A DNA stretch of 62,141 bases, counting the filler, from Diploschistes diacapsis (Eukaryota), in NCBI GenBank assembly GCA_023645945.1. It is 9 parts of 9 records of this genome, joined end to end, with 100 filler letters (N's around TTAATTAATTAA, not from the genome) between each part and the next. Parts side by side here need not be neighbours in the genome. Positions count along the whole stretch, not along the records: positions 55,381 to 62,141 come from JALAIB010001351.1; 8 more parts are not named here. The stretch is one strand, 5' to 3'. Made by a program: the position numbers and the translations under genes. How positions within the stretch are numbered: position 1 is the stretch's first letter; the number at the start of each line of letters is the position of its first letter. Shown here piece by piece: positions 60,093-62,141 of this stretch. The notes beneath the pieces were generated by a model. The model did no database searches, was not told where the DNA came from, and saw only the letters and a list, made by a program, of their open reading frames with translations.

Positions 60093-62141
60093 ATGACGCA
60101 GAAGAAGGAACAATTCGATGTTTCTACAAAGCTCGCTGCCCCCGCCAAAAAATCCCTCTTCGAAAGACAGAGAGCAGAGGCAGAAGCTAAGCGATTGAAA
60201 GAACAAGAAGAGACTGCCGCAGTATACGAAGACTTTGTGAAATCGTTCGACAATGAAGACGATGGTATGACTGGCGGTCTCGCTTCATCTGTCTCGTCTA
60301 GCGGAGTCTTCTCAAAAAGGCATTTCTCAGCTGCACAGGGTCCTCCTGGCCGAGGTGGTTTAGGCAGAGGGCGAGCGACCAGCGGACCCGGATCCCTGGG
60401 GCCTCCACCTCCGTCCTTCTCGAGGAAGCGACCGTTCGATGACGCGCTCCCTGGTAAAACCTCCCGCCAGGGAATGTTCGCCTACGACGAGCCGGATCTC
60501 AAGGACGCAAAGGCCGCGTTCCAAGAGTCTGACGAGGAAGAATACGAATCTATGAAGTCCAAAGCCCAGGAAAGAGCAGTCCCGAAGCCAACACTTCACC
60601 TGTCATCGCTTCCTCCTGGAACCTCTGCGGCAGTTGTCAAGGCTCTCATGCCTGGTAACTTGAACGTGGATGCTGTAAGGTTTCTGCCCCCGTCAGGAGC
60701 GACAGACCGCCGCTCAGTATCCGCTATTGTTACGCTGGCTAAGGACACGCCGGCTGGGGATATGGATACGGCAGTGAGTGCCCTACAAAATAGGTACCTC
60801 GGCTGGGGAATCTATCTTTCCATTTCACGTCATCTGTCTTCCGCTGTGATGAATTCTTCTCTACCCACAGGCTCTGGTCTCTCCAGCACAAGCCTGCCGT
60901 TTGGAGCCAAACCGATTCAATCAGCTCCAGGCTACAGTCTCTCTCGAGCGCCGCCACCCGGACCTCACCGAGGTGGTTTCGCACCGCCCGCATCCTATGG
61001 TCCCGGTGGCGCACAAGGGAGGGGTATGCCGCCCGTCCAAGTCAACGTGAAACCACCCACAGACCTAAAACAACTGAAGCTCATCCACAAAACCGTCGAA
61101 TCCGTTGTAACCCATGGCCCCGAATTCGAAGCCCTGCTCATGTCGCGACCAGTCGTACAAAAAGAAGAACAATGGGCCTGGCTCTGGGACTCGCGCTCTC
61201 AGGGCGGCGTCTACTACAGATGGCGGCTCTGGGACATCCTCACCAACGCCCAAAAGCGCATCAGGCTCGGCAACGGCCGCAACGACAACCCCACCCAAAA
61301 AGTCTTCTCCAGCGGCGCCGCCTGGGCCGCGCCCGAGGGCATCCTCCCCTTCGAATACACGACCTCCCTCCAAGAATTCGTCTCCGACTCCGACTATGAC
61401 TCCTCCGAAGACGAAGACTCCGGCGACGAAGGCCGGCGTCGCCTGCAGCACCTCCAGGGCGGCGCCCCTATCCCTGAGTCCGGTGCCCCCGGCGAGGCCG
61501 ACCTGCCCGCATACCTAAACCCCCTGCACAAGGCGAAGCTCGTGCATCTGCTCTCCCGCCTGCCACAGAGCACCGCCAGGCTGCGCCGCGGTGACGTCGC
61601 GCGCATCACGGCTTTCGCCATATCGCATGCGGGCTCGGGTGCAGACGAGGTCGTCGCGCTGCTAACGGCGAACATTCATCGGCCTTTCAACCTACGCGCT
61701 GCCGCAAAAGCGTCACACTCCAACTCCTCCGAAGACGACAACGACGACTCAGACCGCGGACCCCAGCCCCTCGAATCCGCCGACCCATCCGCCTCCAAGC
61801 TCATAGCCCTCTACCTCGTCTCCGACATCCTCTCTACCTCCTCAACGTCAGGCATCCGGCACGCGTGGCGCTATCGCTCGCTGTTCGAAACCGCGCTGCG
61901 GGCTCATCAGTCCTTCGTACATTTGGGGCGTCTCGAGAAGGAGTTGGGCTGGGGCAAGCTGAGGGCTGAGAAGTGGCGGCGTAGCGTGTTGGCGCTGCTG
62001 AGTTCGTGGGAGGGATGGTGCGTTTTCCCCGCGAAGGCGCAGGAGGAATTTATGAAGGGGTTTGTAGAGCCGCCGGTCAGTGAGGAAGAAAAGAAGATGG
62101 AGGTAGAGGAGGGGGAGAAGGGGGACAGGGTGAGGGAGAAG
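60093..62141 (+). CDS. U2 snRNP-associated SURP/CID protein (SR140/U2SURP-like), 3'-truncated
   Basis: Open frame from MTQKKEQF: KSLFERQ..AAVYEDFVKSF, an RRM-like segment, SURP (LIHKTVESVVTHGPEFEALLM...YYRWRLW) and CID-like (LIALYLVSDIL...WRYRSLF) regions. Confidence 0.87.
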   Translation, partial: MTQKKEQFDVSTKLAAPAKKSLFERQRAEAEAKRLKEQEETAAVYEDFVKSFDNEDDGMTGGLASSVSSSGVFSKRHFSAAQGPPGRGGLGRGRATSGPGSLGPPPPSFSRKRPFDDALPGKTSRQGMFAYDEPDLKDAKAAFQESDEEEYESMKSKAQERAVPKPTLHLSSLPPGTSAAVVKALMPGNLNVDAVRFLPPSGATDRRSVSAIVTLAKDTPAGDMDTAVSALQNRYLGWGIYLSISRHLSSAVMNSSLPTGSGLSSTSLPFGAKPIQSAPGYSLSRAPPPGPHRGGFAPPASYGPGGAQGRGMPPVQVNVKPPTDLKQLKLIHKTVESVVTHGPEFEALLMSRPVVQKEEQWAWLWDSRSQGGVYYRWRLWDILTNAQKRIRLGNGRNDNPTQKVFSSGAAWAAPEGILPFEYTTSLQEFVSDSDYDSSEDEDSGDEGRRRLQHLQGGAPIPESGAPGEADLPAYLNPLHKAKLVHLLSRLPQSTARLRRGDVARITAFAISHAGSGADEVVALLTANIHRPFNLRAAAKASHSNSSEDDNDDSDRGPQPLESADPSASKLIALYLVSDILSTSSTSGIRHAWRYRSLFETALRAHQSFVHLGRLEKELGWGKLRAEKWRRSVLALLSSWEGWCVFPAKAQEEFMKGFVEPPVSEEEKKMEVEEGEKGDRVREK

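Overview
Eukaryotic DNA from a filamentous ascomycete (Pezizomycotina: short GT-AG introns with CTRAY branch sites, class V chitin synthase, vezatin). The window is not one locus. It is nine contigs of about 6.8 kb, sorted by decreasing length and joined by artificial 100-nt N/TTAATTAATTAA linkers, so genes on either side of a linker are not neighbours. Content is mostly housekeeping: dUTPase, pyridoxal kinase, PCNA, vezatin, TPI, myosin-motor chitin synthase, RPS22, SHB17-like, RanBP1, GPI14, TRAX, an RNAi-type RdRP, XPB, WDR83, NUF2, Ish1/Msc1, U2SURP-like and tRNA-Ser(CGA). The strongest unannotated signals are four. (1) A ~200-bp Tc1/mariner-type MITE family in two architectures, one with two different ends and one fold-back copy built from the same end twice. 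(2) The RPS22 gene carries an intronic snR44-like H/ACA snoRNA, a 3-nt microexon and a structured 5'-UTR intron. (3) The PCNA start codon is split by an intron. (4) Recurrent ~1-kb GC-rich islands switch from C/A-rich to G/T-rich on the + strand regardless of gene orientation, override codon usage and coincide with most contig breaks. Gene identities come from recalled motifs; no database search was run.
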